Positions 50,801 through 59,469 of a DNA stretch of 64,000 nt are shown here, one piece after another (the first letter of the stretch is position 1; every line of letters begins with the position of its first letter). The DNA is taken from assembly GCA_003598025.1 (NCBI GenBank), contig QZKH01000002.1, forward strand, positions 10,133-74,132. The letters run 5' to 3'. The position numbers and the translations under genes were made by a program. Below the pieces are notes generated by a model. That model worked only from the letters and a program-made list of their open reading frames with translations. It was not told the origin of the DNA and ran no database searches. This stretch comes from Candidatus Omnitrophota bacterium. GTDB taxonomy: Bacteria > Omnitrophota > Gorgyraeia > Gygaellales > Profunditerraquicolaceae.

Positions 50801-51044
50801 AGCAGTAACAACCGGCGGCAGGGACCGCTTAAGACCTGTGTTAATGACTACTATTACTACTCTCGTAGGCCTTCTTCCGCTGGCTTTATTTCAGGGGGAA
50901 GGGTCTGAATCCTGGCAGCCTTTAGGTATTACCATGATAGGAGGCCTTACCGTTTCGACGCTGATTACGTTATTGTTTGTCCCGACGCTTTATGCTATAT
51001 TTGAATCCAGGGTCAAGAAGAATAAGAGGAAAACCAATGCATAA
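47871..51044 (+). CDS. RND efflux permease (AcrB/SwrC-like)
   Basis: KRPV, GMVVDNAIVV, GIVVNNAIVL, RLRPVLMT. Confidence 0.95.
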   Translation: MKLAEFGVKRPVANLMIFTAIIVLAFYSLTRLGVDSFPEIEPPSISVISSYPGANPEDVEIKVTEVLENQLATTPGIEKITSHSSEGSSVVTLKFSWGTDLDAASNDIRDRIEIAKRSLPDIPDEMDNPFIFKFNTSNIPILFMGITATQSYTELYDLLDDRIADPLRQLPGVGTVQFQGGGLERQINVWIDRERLQGYGFSILDIKNAIKAENITQPVGNIKVGLTDYSIRLPGEFTDPGQINSVVLGKRNGKIIYLRDVARVEDGFKEVTTIARVDEGRAIIMMVQKQSGTNTVEVADRVKKKLEELRYTLPPDVKMRLMFDNSEDIKTSLSSLKATTWFAILLVIVVVWFFLRQFAASMIVALTIPFSLLISFIYLFLSGKTINVISLSSLAIASGMVVDNAIVVVDNVWRRIEHGQRTSEASIFGTSEIFLAIAASTLTTIVVFMPLLFLTGVVGKLFGELAAIIIVTLSASLFTAVTFSPMLCSKWLKPDHKSLKAGLFNRMYAVSEQWFKSMENTYSNMLAWCLKYKKMVISISLGILIFVGLLTRFVGNEFIPEEDTGDLRISAHLPIGTRVEETDGLARKIEQIFKDEIPEAKYFYVRSGQLSGIGRAFGNVSGTHIVSAGIKLVPKTERKLSVKETAEVVRNRITAIPGVMKVDITTGNPMGRLITGGGKSIQVEIIGHSFEETDALALKIKGLIEGIPGAVEVSISREANRPELKIDVDRQKSSALGLDMSTIADTVNTFIQGSVASKYRESGDTYDIYVRADDFSRSDIEDIKNIPVVPADSAFSLSSGSNPRLSQDLRKTQITLSNIAEIRQENIPQEIERKNRERIVKVECNAYRRSTGKIVEDINKELKNMIIPAGIQVIIGGEAEEQAKAFKDLFLLLILGILLVYMVMAAQFESLLDPFIIMFSIPFTFIGVILAFIITGTNLSVISFLGIVMLMGIVVNNAIVLISYINILRARGYSMHEAVTTGGRDRLRPVLMTTITTLVGLLPLALFQGEGSESWQPLGITMIGGLTVSTLITLLFVPTLYAIFESRVKKNKRKTNA

Positions 51045-51333
51045 TAAAATGTTGATGATAATATATAATGAGGCTTTGGATGAAGAAGTCATGGAATTAT
51101 TCCAGGGTTGCCAAGTGCAAAGCTACACCAAAGTAACCGGCGTATTCGGCAAAGGCGTACTTTCAGGCCCTCATCTTGGGAATGATATATGGCCCGGGAA
51201 AAACAATATACTTTATATAGTGAGTGATGATGAACAGTCAAAGTGTATGCTCGGCCGTGTAGCAGAACTAAGGAAGAAACTCGGGCATGAAGGTATCAAG
51301 GCCTTTGTTCTGCCGGTAGAATATACCACCTGA
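51037..51333 (+). CDS. PII-like transporter-associated protein (PG0541-type)
   Basis: YTKVTGVFGKG..GPHLG..IWPG, AFVLPVE; ATG 51037 overlaps the RND stop. Confidence 0.7.
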   Translation: MHNKMLMIIYNEALDEEVMELFQGCQVQSYTKVTGVFGKGVLSGPHLGNDIWPGKNNILYIVSDDEQSKCMLGRVAELRKKLGHEGIKAFVLPVEYTT

Positions 51334-51351
51334 CATTAATAACCTTCCGTT

Positions 51352-52341
51352 ATGTTAATAATCAAAAACCTGAAACTTTCAAAGCCGTATATTTTGGCTC
51401 CTATGGCAGGGGTAAGCGATCTGCCGTTTAGGATGTTGAACCGAAAGTTTGGCTGCGAGCTGGCTTTTATTGAGATGATTAACTGCCGTTCTCTAACTCA
51501 CAAGAGCAAAAAAACCAAGCACATGCTATCAAGCAGCCAGAAAGACAGGCCTCTAGGTATACAGATACTTGGAAGCGATCAAAAGTTTATAATGCGTTCA
51601 TTGGACGTGCTTGCTGATTATAAATACGATCTTTTAGACTTTAATGCAGCGTGCCCGGCAAGAAAAGTCGTGCGCAGGGGCGAAGGTTCTGCCTTGTTGA
51701 AAGAACCCAAGAAATTGGAAAAGCTGCTCTCCGCTTTAGTTAAGAATTCCGATAAGCCGGTGAGCGTAAAAATAAGGATAGGGTGGGATAAGAATTCAAT
51801 AAATGCTGATGAGGTAGCTTGTATTGCTGAGCAGGCCGGCGTGAGTGCGGTCTTTATACACGGCAGGACTGCTTTGCAGGGATATGACGGAGATGTAAAC
51901 TATCCAGCCATACTAAAGGCCAAATTAAAAACCAGGATACCTATTATCGGTAGCGGAGATGTATTTAGCGCAGAGCTGGCTAAGAAAATGCTTGCCGAAA
52001 CAGGATGTGATTGCGTTGCTGTAGCCAGGGGTGCGATTGGCAATCCCTGGATATTTAAAGAGATAGATTCTTCTTTTGGCGTGTCAAAGATTTATAAACC
52101 TCCGAGCCCCGATGAAGTCTGTAAAGTCATGTTAGAGCATATGAAAATGTGTGTTGATTTTTACGGTGAGAGGGTCGGTGTGGTGATTTTCCGTAAATTC
52201 TTTTCTTGCTATACTAAAGGAATGCGTAAAGTAAGGCTGTTCCGCGAAAGGTTCTCTCGGGTAAAAACACTTATAGAGGCATCTCTCATAATTCAAGAAG
52301 CATTCTCTCCGGATCAACTAAGGAAAAGCCAGCGAAGGTAA
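51352..52341 (+). CDS. dusB: tRNA-dihydrouridine synthase
   Basis: LAPMAGVSD, FNAACP, VKIRIG, IHGRT, ARGAIGNPWIF. Confidence 0.92.
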   Translation: MLIIKNLKLSKPYILAPMAGVSDLPFRMLNRKFGCELAFIEMINCRSLTHKSKKTKHMLSSSQKDRPLGIQILGSDQKFIMRSLDVLADYKYDLLDFNAACPARKVVRRGEGSALLKEPKKLEKLLSALVKNSDKPVSVKIRIGWDKNSINADEVACIAEQAGVSAVFIHGRTALQGYDGDVNYPAILKAKLKTRIPIIGSGDVFSAELAKKMLAETGCDCVAVARGAIGNPWIFKEIDSSFGVSKIYKPPSPDEVCKVMLEHMKMCVDFYGERVGVVIFRKFFSCYTKGMRKVRLFRERFSRVKTLIEASLIIQEAFSPDQLRKSQRR

Positions 52342-52352
52342 GCTATTTTTTC

Positions 52353-52381
52353 TTGACAACAGTAAATTTTAATAGTAAAAT
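52353..52381 (+). promoter_or_regulatory. sigma70 promoter of the PKS operon
   Basis: TTGACA-17bp-TAAAAT. Confidence 0.75.
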
Positions 52382-52389
52382 TTTACTAT
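52372..52389. promoter_or_regulatory. Palindromic operator candidate overlapping the -10
   Basis: Perfect 18-bp palindrome ATAGTAAAATTTTACTAT. Confidence 0.55.
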
Positions 52390-52435
52390 ATTTTAATTTC
52401 AGAATATAACATACTATTAATATTGAGGTTAAGTT

Positions 52436-52738
52436 ATGGAATGGGATAAGAATACAGAAGATAAATTTAAACTTTTTATCTCAAAAATACCTATTTTTCA
52501 CCGCGGGATAACGGAGATAGCAGTAAGAAAGAGGGCTGAAGAAAACGCGATTTCCAGGAAATCAGCAATTATCCAGGAACAGGATGTATTAAGCGCTTTT
52601 TTTTCGGATGTTCCTTCGCCTTTCTACAGCATGATGGTCAGGGTTATGGAACAGTCGGGGTTTGATTACAAGAAATACGGTTTTCCCAAGAGTACTAATC
52701 CGTTGGTAGGCAATAGCAGCAATAAACCAATTAAATGA
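52436..52738 (+). CDS. Small PCP_red/DUF2621-like helical protein
   Basis: MEW...KIPIFHR...AE..A..I...DV pattern. Confidence 0.55.
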   Translation: MEWDKNTEDKFKLFISKIPIFHRGITEIAVRKRAEENAISRKSAIIQEQDVLSAFFSDVPSPFYSMMVRVMEQSGFDYKKYGFPKSTNPLVGNSSNKPIK

Positions 52739-53739
52739 AAATTGCAGTTGTCGGCTCGGGAGCAATAGGCGGCCTGGTAGCCGGTTATTTGAGCCTTAAG
52801 GGCAAAGATGTAGTTCTTATCGGCCGCAGCAATTCCGTTGCAGCAATAAACAGCAAGGGTTTGTTTATAAGCGGGGTAAGGGGAGATTTCAAGGTTAATA
52901 TCCCTGTTAAGGATAAGCTAGTTTCGGATGTTGATTTAGCTATATTTTGCACAAAGAGCCAAGACCTGGAGCAATCGATATCACAGAACATAGATTTTAT
53001 TAAGCAAGCCCAGATTCTAACGACTCAGAACGGCATCCGTTCAGAGGGTATTGCGTTAAAGTACGCGGATAAAGCAAGTATCATCTCCAGCATTGTCATG
53101 TTTGGCTCTACAAATTTAGAGCCGGGCAGGATTGTACATAATTTCGAGGGTAATTGGATACTCGGCAGGCCTTTTATAGAAAACGACCGTACGCTTATAG
53201 ATGTTAGCCTGGTATTGAATGAAATATTTCCTACCGTAATAAGCCATAATATCAGGGCAATGAAGTTTTTAAAGATTTTTGTCAATGCTAATAATTGTAT
53301 CCCGGCGATACTGGGATTAAGCATGCAGGAAGCTTTTAGTGACACGGATACCAGCCGGATCAGTGTTGCCATCTGGCGCGAAGGTTTTGATATTGTCAAG
53401 AGGTCGGGCATCAATCTTGTATCTTTGCCTGATTTTCCTCTTGAGCGCTTGACCGGCATTATCAGCATGCCGATGGAAAGCGCTGCTAAAGTGATCTCAG
53501 GTATAATGTCCGGTTTAAGCAAAGAGCCATTATACGGCTCTATACTCCAGAGTATAAAAAGAGGCAAGGATACGGAGATAGATTATATTAACGGTGAATT
53601 TGTAAAGCTCGCTGCTGAAAACAAGCTCGCCGCACCGTTAAATAAACGCCTTGTTGAAATGGTGCATATAGTCGAAAAAAACGGAAAATTTTTTAGCAGA
53701 GAGCAGTTGATTGAGGAAACGAAAGGTTTGTTAGCTTGA
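52735..53739 (+). CDS. panE: Ketopantoate reductase family protein
   Basis: GSGAIG, CTKS, QNG, K..VN, SILQS..GKDTEIDYING. Confidence 0.8.
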   Translation: MKIAVVGSGAIGGLVAGYLSLKGKDVVLIGRSNSVAAINSKGLFISGVRGDFKVNIPVKDKLVSDVDLAIFCTKSQDLEQSISQNIDFIKQAQILTTQNGIRSEGIALKYADKASIISSIVMFGSTNLEPGRIVHNFEGNWILGRPFIENDRTLIDVSLVLNEIFPTVISHNIRAMKFLKIFVNANNCIPAILGLSMQEAFSDTDTSRISVAIWREGFDIVKRSGINLVSLPDFPLERLTGIISMPMESAAKVISGIMSGLSKEPLYGSILQSIKRGKDTEIDYINGEFVKLAAENKLAAPLNKRLVEMVHIVEKNGKFFSREQLIEETKGLLA

Positions 53740-53740
53740 T

Positions 53741-54340
53741 ATGGAAAACATAAATTCGCCGTTCCCACGCCTCAAATTAACCGTGATGAATGTTTATGGG
53801 CATTGTTATCACGGATATAAGAAAGGTGACGAATTAATTTTAGAAGATTTTACCCATCCTCCAAAATTTTTCTGCCTAGGCCTGGCGCATGCGCTTTTTC
53901 CTGTCATATATGCATTAAGTTTCGGGGCAAAGTTTCCATTTAGAGATAACCAGCGTTCACTGCTGGTAACCTGTCCTGACGGAGGGAAGTTAGAATTTAT
54001 GGCCGAGGTGCTTGATAAGCAGGGCAAAATTGAGAAGTTACCTAAAGCCCCTGATTTTAAAGGGCCTAACCCTAAAAAGATGGTTATAGAAGTAGTGCAG
54101 GCAAAAGGTAAATGTACCTTTGGTTATAAGGTAGGGGATAAATGGGAGACAAGCGGCTTGAAATGCATCCCCGGTTTTTGCGGCGCAGCTTTTCATTGTG
54201 CGTTTCCTGCGCTTTTTGCTTTAAATTTCGGCGCAAAGTTTTTATTTATGGAAAATCCGGATTCAATCGATACTGTTACTTGCCCGGATGGCGGCAATAT
54301 AGTATTTAAGGTTTCGCGGGTTAAGGAGAATAAGAAATAA
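53741..54340 (+). CDS. Tandem TIGR04076-like Cys-motif protein
   Basis: Two internal repeats: GxC..GYKxGD, FC, TCPDGG. Confidence 0.7.
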   Translation: MENINSPFPRLKLTVMNVYGHCYHGYKKGDELILEDFTHPPKFFCLGLAHALFPVIYALSFGAKFPFRDNQRSLLVTCPDGGKLEFMAEVLDKQGKIEKLPKAPDFKGPNPKKMVIEVVQAKGKCTFGYKVGDKWETSGLKCIPGFCGAAFHCAFPALFALNFGAKFLFMENPDSIDTVTCPDGGNIVFKVSRVKENKK

Positions 54341-54341
54341 T

Positions 54342-55604
54342 ATGAAAAAGAGAAGGGTAGTTATTACCGGCGTAGGGGTAATTTCGCCTAACGGCATAGG
54401 CAAAGAAAATGCATGGAAAGCTTTCACCGGCGGAAAATCAGGAGTAAAAAGGGTTGATGGTTTTGATGTGTCGGTATTTAATACTAAGATCGCCGCCGAA
54501 GTGAGAGATTTCAATCCGTTTAAGCTTGGGTTGACTCATGAAGAAGCTACGCGCATGGATAGGTATGTCCAATTTGGAGTGGTTGCCGCAGATATGGCTT
54601 TTAAGGACAGCGGGCTTGTGCTTTTAAACGAGGACCCTGAGCGTATCGGGGTATGCCTTGCAAACGCTATATGCGGCACAAAGTATATGGAGGAAGAATT
54701 TGCCCTTGTCACCGAAGACGGAAAGAAGCCGATTGACCCTTCAAAGGTCAGGCCGGATCTTTATGATGCTGCAATGTTTAATACCCCTTCGATTGAAATA
54801 TCTGCGAAATATAAATTGAGAGGGATCTGCGATACTTTATCTACGGGATGCACCGCAGGCACTGATTCACTTGGTTTCGGGCTTGAAACTATACAGGATA
54901 ATGGACACGATATAATGGTCTGCGGAGCTGCAGAAGCGCCAATTACGCCGATAACATTCGGGGCATTCGATGTGGTCAGTGTCTTATCAGCCAGAAACGA
55001 TGAGCCTGAACGGGCCAGCCGGCCGTTTGATAAAAAAAGAGACGGTTTTGTCCTGTCTGAAGGAGCAGGTATCTTGATCCTGGAAGAATTGGAGCATGCG
55101 CGCAGGCGCAATGCGAGGATCTACTGCGAAGTGTTGGGTTTCGGTACCAGCTGTAATGCCTATCATATGACAGACCTTCCTTCCGACGGCGCTGCCATGG
55201 CCAGATGTATAAGCCTGGCACTCTCCGACGCTTATTTAAAGCCCAAAGATATAGACCATATTAACGCGCACGGTTCATCGACGCGTATGAACGATATATT
55301 TGAGACAAATGCCTACAAGACCATATTCGGCGATTATGCATATAAACTACCCATCAGTTCCTTAAAGTCTATGATCGGGCATCCTTTGGCTGCTGCGAAT
55401 GCGGTTGAGCTTACGATGTGTTCGCTGATGTTCCAGTATAATATTTTACCACCAACGATAAATCAAGAAGAGAAAGACCCTTTGTGCGACTTAGACTATA
55501 TTCCTAACGTTGCGCGCAGCAAGAAAATAAACACAATATTAAAAACCAGCAGCGGTTTCTCGGGGATCCATTCTTCATTGGTATTAAGGAGATTCGATGA
55601 ATAA
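54342..55604 (+). CDS. Type II PKS ketosynthase alpha
   Basis: STGCTAGTD (active Cys), EAPITPIT, ASRPFD, NAYHMT, NAHGSST, KSMIGH. Confidence 0.88.
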   Translation: MKKRRVVITGVGVISPNGIGKENAWKAFTGGKSGVKRVDGFDVSVFNTKIAAEVRDFNPFKLGLTHEEATRMDRYVQFGVVAADMAFKDSGLVLLNEDPERIGVCLANAICGTKYMEEEFALVTEDGKKPIDPSKVRPDLYDAAMFNTPSIEISAKYKLRGICDTLSTGCTAGTDSLGFGLETIQDNGHDIMVCGAAEAPITPITFGAFDVVSVLSARNDEPERASRPFDKKRDGFVLSEGAGILILEELEHARRRNARIYCEVLGFGTSCNAYHMTDLPSDGAAMARCISLALSDAYLKPKDIDHINAHGSSTRMNDIFETNAYKTIFGDYAYKLPISSLKSMIGHPLAAANAVELTMCSLMFQYNILPPTINQEEKDPLCDLDYIPNVARSKKINTILKTSSGFSGIHSSLVLRRFDE

Positions 55605-56826
55605 GATCGCGATCACAGGATTAGGGATAGTCAGCCCTTCAGGGATAGGCAAGCGCCAGTTTTGGGCCAATGTTAAATCCGCAAGGTCATTTGTCAAAAA
55701 GATCACCCGTTTCGACGCTTCCAGGTACCCGTCGCATATCGCCGGCCAGATTGACGACCTTGATAAATACAGTAATTTTTCTGAGAGGCTGCTTAAGAAG
55801 ATTGATGCATTTTCGCATATGGCTTTAGTCGCCTCTGAAATGGCGATGCAGGATGCCGGTATAGATATAAAGAATGAAGACCCGAACTTAGTAGGTATAT
55901 TCTTAGGTAATGCTATCGGCGGCTGGCTTTATGCGGAGACCGAATTACGCGACCTATATATTGAAGGAAGGGAAGGAGTCTCTCCATATATGGCTTCAGC
56001 ATGGTTTCCTGCTGCGCCTCAAGGTCAGGTCTCCATTTATTATGGAATAAAAGGTTTCAGTAAAACTGTCGTTGCTGACAGGGCAAGCTCTTTGATGGCT
56101 TTAGGCTATGCCAGGAGCACTTTAGCCAAGAATAAATTAAATATGATTATTTCCGGAGGCATGGAAGCACCGGTTACGCCTTATGCGCTTCTCTGTTGTA
56201 ATACCTATGGAGCGCTCTCTAGAAATAATGAGCGTCCTGAAACTGCCTACAGGCCTTTTGACAGAGATAGGTCCGGTTTTGTTATCGGCGAAGGCGCAGG
56301 TATCGTAGTTATGGAGCCTATTGAACGGGCAAAAAAGCGAAATGCCAATATAATGGCCTTAATTTCAGGATACGGCACAACCTGTGACGGTTTTGACAGG
56401 ATAAATCCATCTTCCGATGGCAGAGAGTTAGCCCGGGCGATAAATATGGCTTTGGAAGATGCGCAAATCAGCGCCGACGAAATTGATTATATAAGCTTAG
56501 ATGGTTTAGGAGTAAGTTTATGGGATGATAGCGAAGTAAGGGCGATAAAAACCGTTTTCAAAGATAATGCGGCAAGAATACCCGCCAGCTGTCCTAAGTC
56601 GATGTTCGGTAATTTATTAGGCGCCTCCGGGGCAGTGGATTTGATAGCAACAGTTCTTAGCATGGAGAATAATTTGATCCCGCCTATACTTAACCTGGAA
56701 AACCCCGATCCCAAAGGTTTAAATTACGTACAGGGGCAGGCAAAGGACTATAAGGTCGGCAGGGCGCTGGTAATTTCACGCGGCAGGGGCGGGATTAACT
56801 CAGCGCTTGTTGTAGAGAAGCCGTAA
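55597..56826 (+). CDS. Type II PKS chain-length factor (KS-beta)
   Basis: KS fold without catalytic Cys/His (ADRASS, SLDG, PKSMFGN); SPYMASAWF..QGQVSI CLF signature; overlaps KS-alpha stop. Confidence 0.88.
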   Translation: MNKIAITGLGIVSPSGIGKRQFWANVKSARSFVKKITRFDASRYPSHIAGQIDDLDKYSNFSERLLKKIDAFSHMALVASEMAMQDAGIDIKNEDPNLVGIFLGNAIGGWLYAETELRDLYIEGREGVSPYMASAWFPAAPQGQVSIYYGIKGFSKTVVADRASSLMALGYARSTLAKNKLNMIISGGMEAPVTPYALLCCNTYGALSRNNERPETAYRPFDRDRSGFVIGEGAGIVVMEPIERAKKRNANIMALISGYGTTCDGFDRINPSSDGRELARAINMALEDAQISADEIDYISLDGLGVSLWDDSEVRAIKTVFKDNAARIPASCPKSMFGNLLGASGAVDLIATVLSMENNLIPPILNLENPDPKGLNYVQGQAKDYKVGRALVISRGRGGINSALVVEKP

Positions 56827-56861
56827 TAAGGCAAGCCAATGAAAATAACAACGGAGGATTT

Positions 56862-58322
56862 ATGAAAATATTATTTGTTATGCCTAAGGTGGGTGCGTGG
56901 GCAACCCATGGAATACACAGGTCGCCAAACCAGCTTTATGCACATTGGGCTGCCTATGTGCGCCAGAGAGGTTATGAAGATGTGGCTGTAATTGACGGAA
57001 AAGCCGACCAGATTTCTATGGACCAGTTGATTGAGCTTGTCAAAGAGAGAAATCCGGATGTCGTGGTAATGGGGGAGCAGCTGCATGGTTATGGCGGATA
57101 TGGTGTGTTACGCCATTTCAAAGATGCCGCAGCAGGAATAAAGAAGGCGCTTCCCGGCACAAAGATAATCCTCGGCGGGTTGTGGTATTCGGCAATGCCG
57201 GTCCCCACATTAGAAGAGAATCCGGGGGTCGATTTTGTGGTTATGGGGGAAGAGGAATCATTCGGAGATCTGATAGAAGCAATAGATAAAAATAAGCCAG
57301 TCAAAGACGTAGGAGGAGTGGCTAGCCGTATTGATGGTAAGGCTGTAATGGGGCCGCATAAGCCGTTATTGAAAGATTTGGATTTGTTGCCGTTACCGGC
57401 ATACGATCTTTTTCCAATGGATAAATATGTGGGCCATACTTATTGGAAACCATTTGTTGATATGGTTACATCACGCGGGTGCCCTTCGGCATGCACATTC
57501 TGTTACGAGTGGGATCAGTATGATCCGCGCCACCCCGGGGATTTTCTTACCTGGAGGGCGAAATCACCTGAAAGGGTAATGGAAGAGTTGAATCTCTTGC
57601 ATAATAAGTATGGAGTAAAAGTAGTGGTTATTCAGGACGATAATTTTAATGTTGACCCCGAGCGGGTGCAGAAATTTTGCGAACTTAAAAAAGCATCAAA
57701 CAACCCTATTAAATGGGTCTCTTTGGGCCGGGCAATAGACTGGGTGAATTGCGAATCCATTCTGCCGTTAATGAAAGAAAACGGCCTGTTTATGGGTGTT
57801 TTCGGGATTGAGGTTACGACACAGTCGGAGCTTAAGAAAATAGCCAAAGGCATAACCATCGAACAGATCCAGAAAACAATCGATATCCTGCGTAAAAATG
57901 ATATCGCCATTGTTGCCGATATAATGATGGGTTTTGATTATGATACCGAGGCAATCATAAAGCAGAGATTTGAGTTTACCGATGCTGTAGACCCGGATAT
58001 CCTTTGGGTCGGCTATGTTACTCCTGCGCCTAATTCACCGATGTGGAGGATCTCTATGAAGAAGGGATGGATTGATCCAAAAAAAGTAGATTTTAGCACT
58101 TGGGATTTTTTGCATCCAGTTATACCTACCGACCACCTTAGTATCGAAGATCTGGGGAGGTTAGGATCATGGTGCATGCGCGAATTCTTCTCTAAACCAG
58201 GGAGGATCAACAGGATTATGGAAAGTAATTTTGATACCCTGGCTAAACTCTGCTTTCAGGATGTTATGGCAGGCATCAATAAATGGGAAGCAGCCGCGAC
58301 TAAGGGAGAAGTACAGATATAA
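56862..58322 (+). CDS. Cobalamin-binding radical SAM enzyme (class B/BchE-like)
   Basis: N-terminal B12-binding-type Rossmann domain (IILGG, VVMGEEE); TSRGCPSACTFC; QDDNF. Confidence 0.88.
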   Translation: MKILFVMPKVGAWATHGIHRSPNQLYAHWAAYVRQRGYEDVAVIDGKADQISMDQLIELVKERNPDVVVMGEQLHGYGGYGVLRHFKDAAAGIKKALPGTKIILGGLWYSAMPVPTLEENPGVDFVVMGEEESFGDLIEAIDKNKPVKDVGGVASRIDGKAVMGPHKPLLKDLDLLPLPAYDLFPMDKYVGHTYWKPFVDMVTSRGCPSACTFCYEWDQYDPRHPGDFLTWRAKSPERVMEELNLLHNKYGVKVVVIQDDNFNVDPERVQKFCELKKASNNPIKWVSLGRAIDWVNCESILPLMKENGLFMGVFGIEVTTQSELKKIAKGITIEQIQKTIDILRKNDIAIVADIMMGFDYDTEAIIKQRFEFTDAVDPDILWVGYVTPAPNSPMWRISMKKGWIDPKKVDFSTWDFLHPVIPTDHLSIEDLGRLGSWCMREFFSKPGRINRIMESNFDTLAKLCFQDVMAGINKWEAAATKGEVQI

Positions 58323-58403
58323 ATTAGTTCATAGTTCATGGAAAACTGGGACACAAAGACACACGTCACAAGGTCACAAGAGAATCAAGTTCATGGTTCA
58401 TGG
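58323..58403 (+). repeat. Intergenic heptamer-type repeats
   Basis: TAGTTCATAGTTCATGG; GACACAA.GACACAC GTCACAAG GTCACAAG; AGTTCATGGTTCATGG. Confidence 0.7.
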
Positions 58404-58423
58404 TAATGATGGAGGATAAATAA

Positions 58424-58660
58424 ATGGAGACGAAGGCAAAAATAAAGGAAGTTATAGTAAATCTGCTCAGGATCAAACCCGAAGAGCTTAAAGACGGAAT
58501 GAGCCTGCAGGATAGTATCGGCGTTGATTCTACAGAGATGGTCGAAGCCGTAATTGCCCTTGAAAAGGCTTTTGGCGTAAAGTTAAGCGCTAAGGAAATA
58601 ACAAAAAGCTTGACCCTGGATGAGATCAGCAGCATCGTCGATTCTAAAATAGGCAAATAA
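58424..58660 (+). CDS. Acyl carrier protein
   Basis: IGVDSTEMVE phosphopantetheinylation Ser, LEKAFGV; GGAGG RBS. Confidence 0.92.
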   Translation: METKAKIKEVIVNLLRIKPEELKDGMSLQDSIGVDSTEMVEAVIALEKAFGVKLSAKEITKSLTLDEISSIVDSKIGK

Positions 58661-59457
58661 TGAAGATAGTCGATTTAAGTTTACCAATTGATGAGAAGGC
58701 ATTTGAAGTCCATCATGTTGATATTGAGCGCATAACTCATGCTGGAGGGGTGGAAAAGTTTAACCGTGTTATTATGGGCAAGACCTTGTCTGGGAAGATA
58801 AAATATGCCCTAGGCGTGCGCTTAGTAAAAAAAGAAGATTTGCCGGATAAGGAATTTTTATCGCTTGAGATAGTGCATGCGCCGGTACATGTAGGCACAC
58901 ACCTGGATTATTCCTTTCATTACGGCTCAAAGTCAGAAAATCGTCCCTCCAAAACCGCAGAGGAGATCCCTCTTGAGTGGTGTTATTCGGAGGGAGTCAA
59001 ATTAGACCTGACCTACAAAAAGCCCAATGAAGTAATTGCAAGGCAGGATATTGAAGAGGCTCTGCGCAAAATAAATTACGCGCTTAAACCAGGTAATATC
59101 GTGTTTTTACAAACAGGGGCTGATAAATTATACGGTTCTCCCGGGTATTTTACTGATTATCCAGGAGTTGATATTTCAGCAATCGATTATTTGCTGGATA
59201 AGGGGATAAAAGTTTTTGGCACAGATACTATGGGCATTGACCGTCCGTATAGATTTATGCTCAAAGAATTTTTGGATACAAAAGACCCTAAAAAATTATA
59301 CCCTGCCCATTTCTACGGCAGGATAAGAGAATTTATTCATATTGAACGGCTGGCGAACCTGGATAAACTTCCTGGCTTCGGATTCAAGGTATCATGTTTT
59401 CCGGTTAAGATTAAGAAAACCGGAGCCGCCTGGGCCAGGGTAGTTGCTTTTGTTTGA
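58660..59457 (+). CDS. Cyclase-family (PF04199-type) polyketide cyclase
   Basis: VDLS, HVGTHLD (HxGTHxD), GTD, HIERLANL, ARVVA. Confidence 0.8.
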   Translation: MKIVDLSLPIDEKAFEVHHVDIERITHAGGVEKFNRVIMGKTLSGKIKYALGVRLVKKEDLPDKEFLSLEIVHAPVHVGTHLDYSFHYGSKSENRPSKTAEEIPLEWCYSEGVKLDLTYKKPNEVIARQDIEEALRKINYALKPGNIVFLQTGADKLYGSPGYFTDYPGVDISAIDYLLDKGIKVFGTDTMGIDRPYRFMLKEFLDTKDPKKLYPAHFYGRIREFIHIERLANLDKLPGFGFKVSCFPVKIKKTGAAWARVVAFV

Positions 59458-59469
59458 AAGGAGCAATTT

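Noticed and set aside
54342-56826. Interpretation as ordinary FabF duplicates
   Set aside because: The second KS lacks the catalytic Cys/His and has the CLF signature; aromatase and cyclases are adjacent
58231-58419. 62-aa ORF as a possible RiPP precursor for the radical SAM enzyme
   Set aside because: It overlaps the rSAM 3' end, runs through heptamer repeats and lacks an RBS
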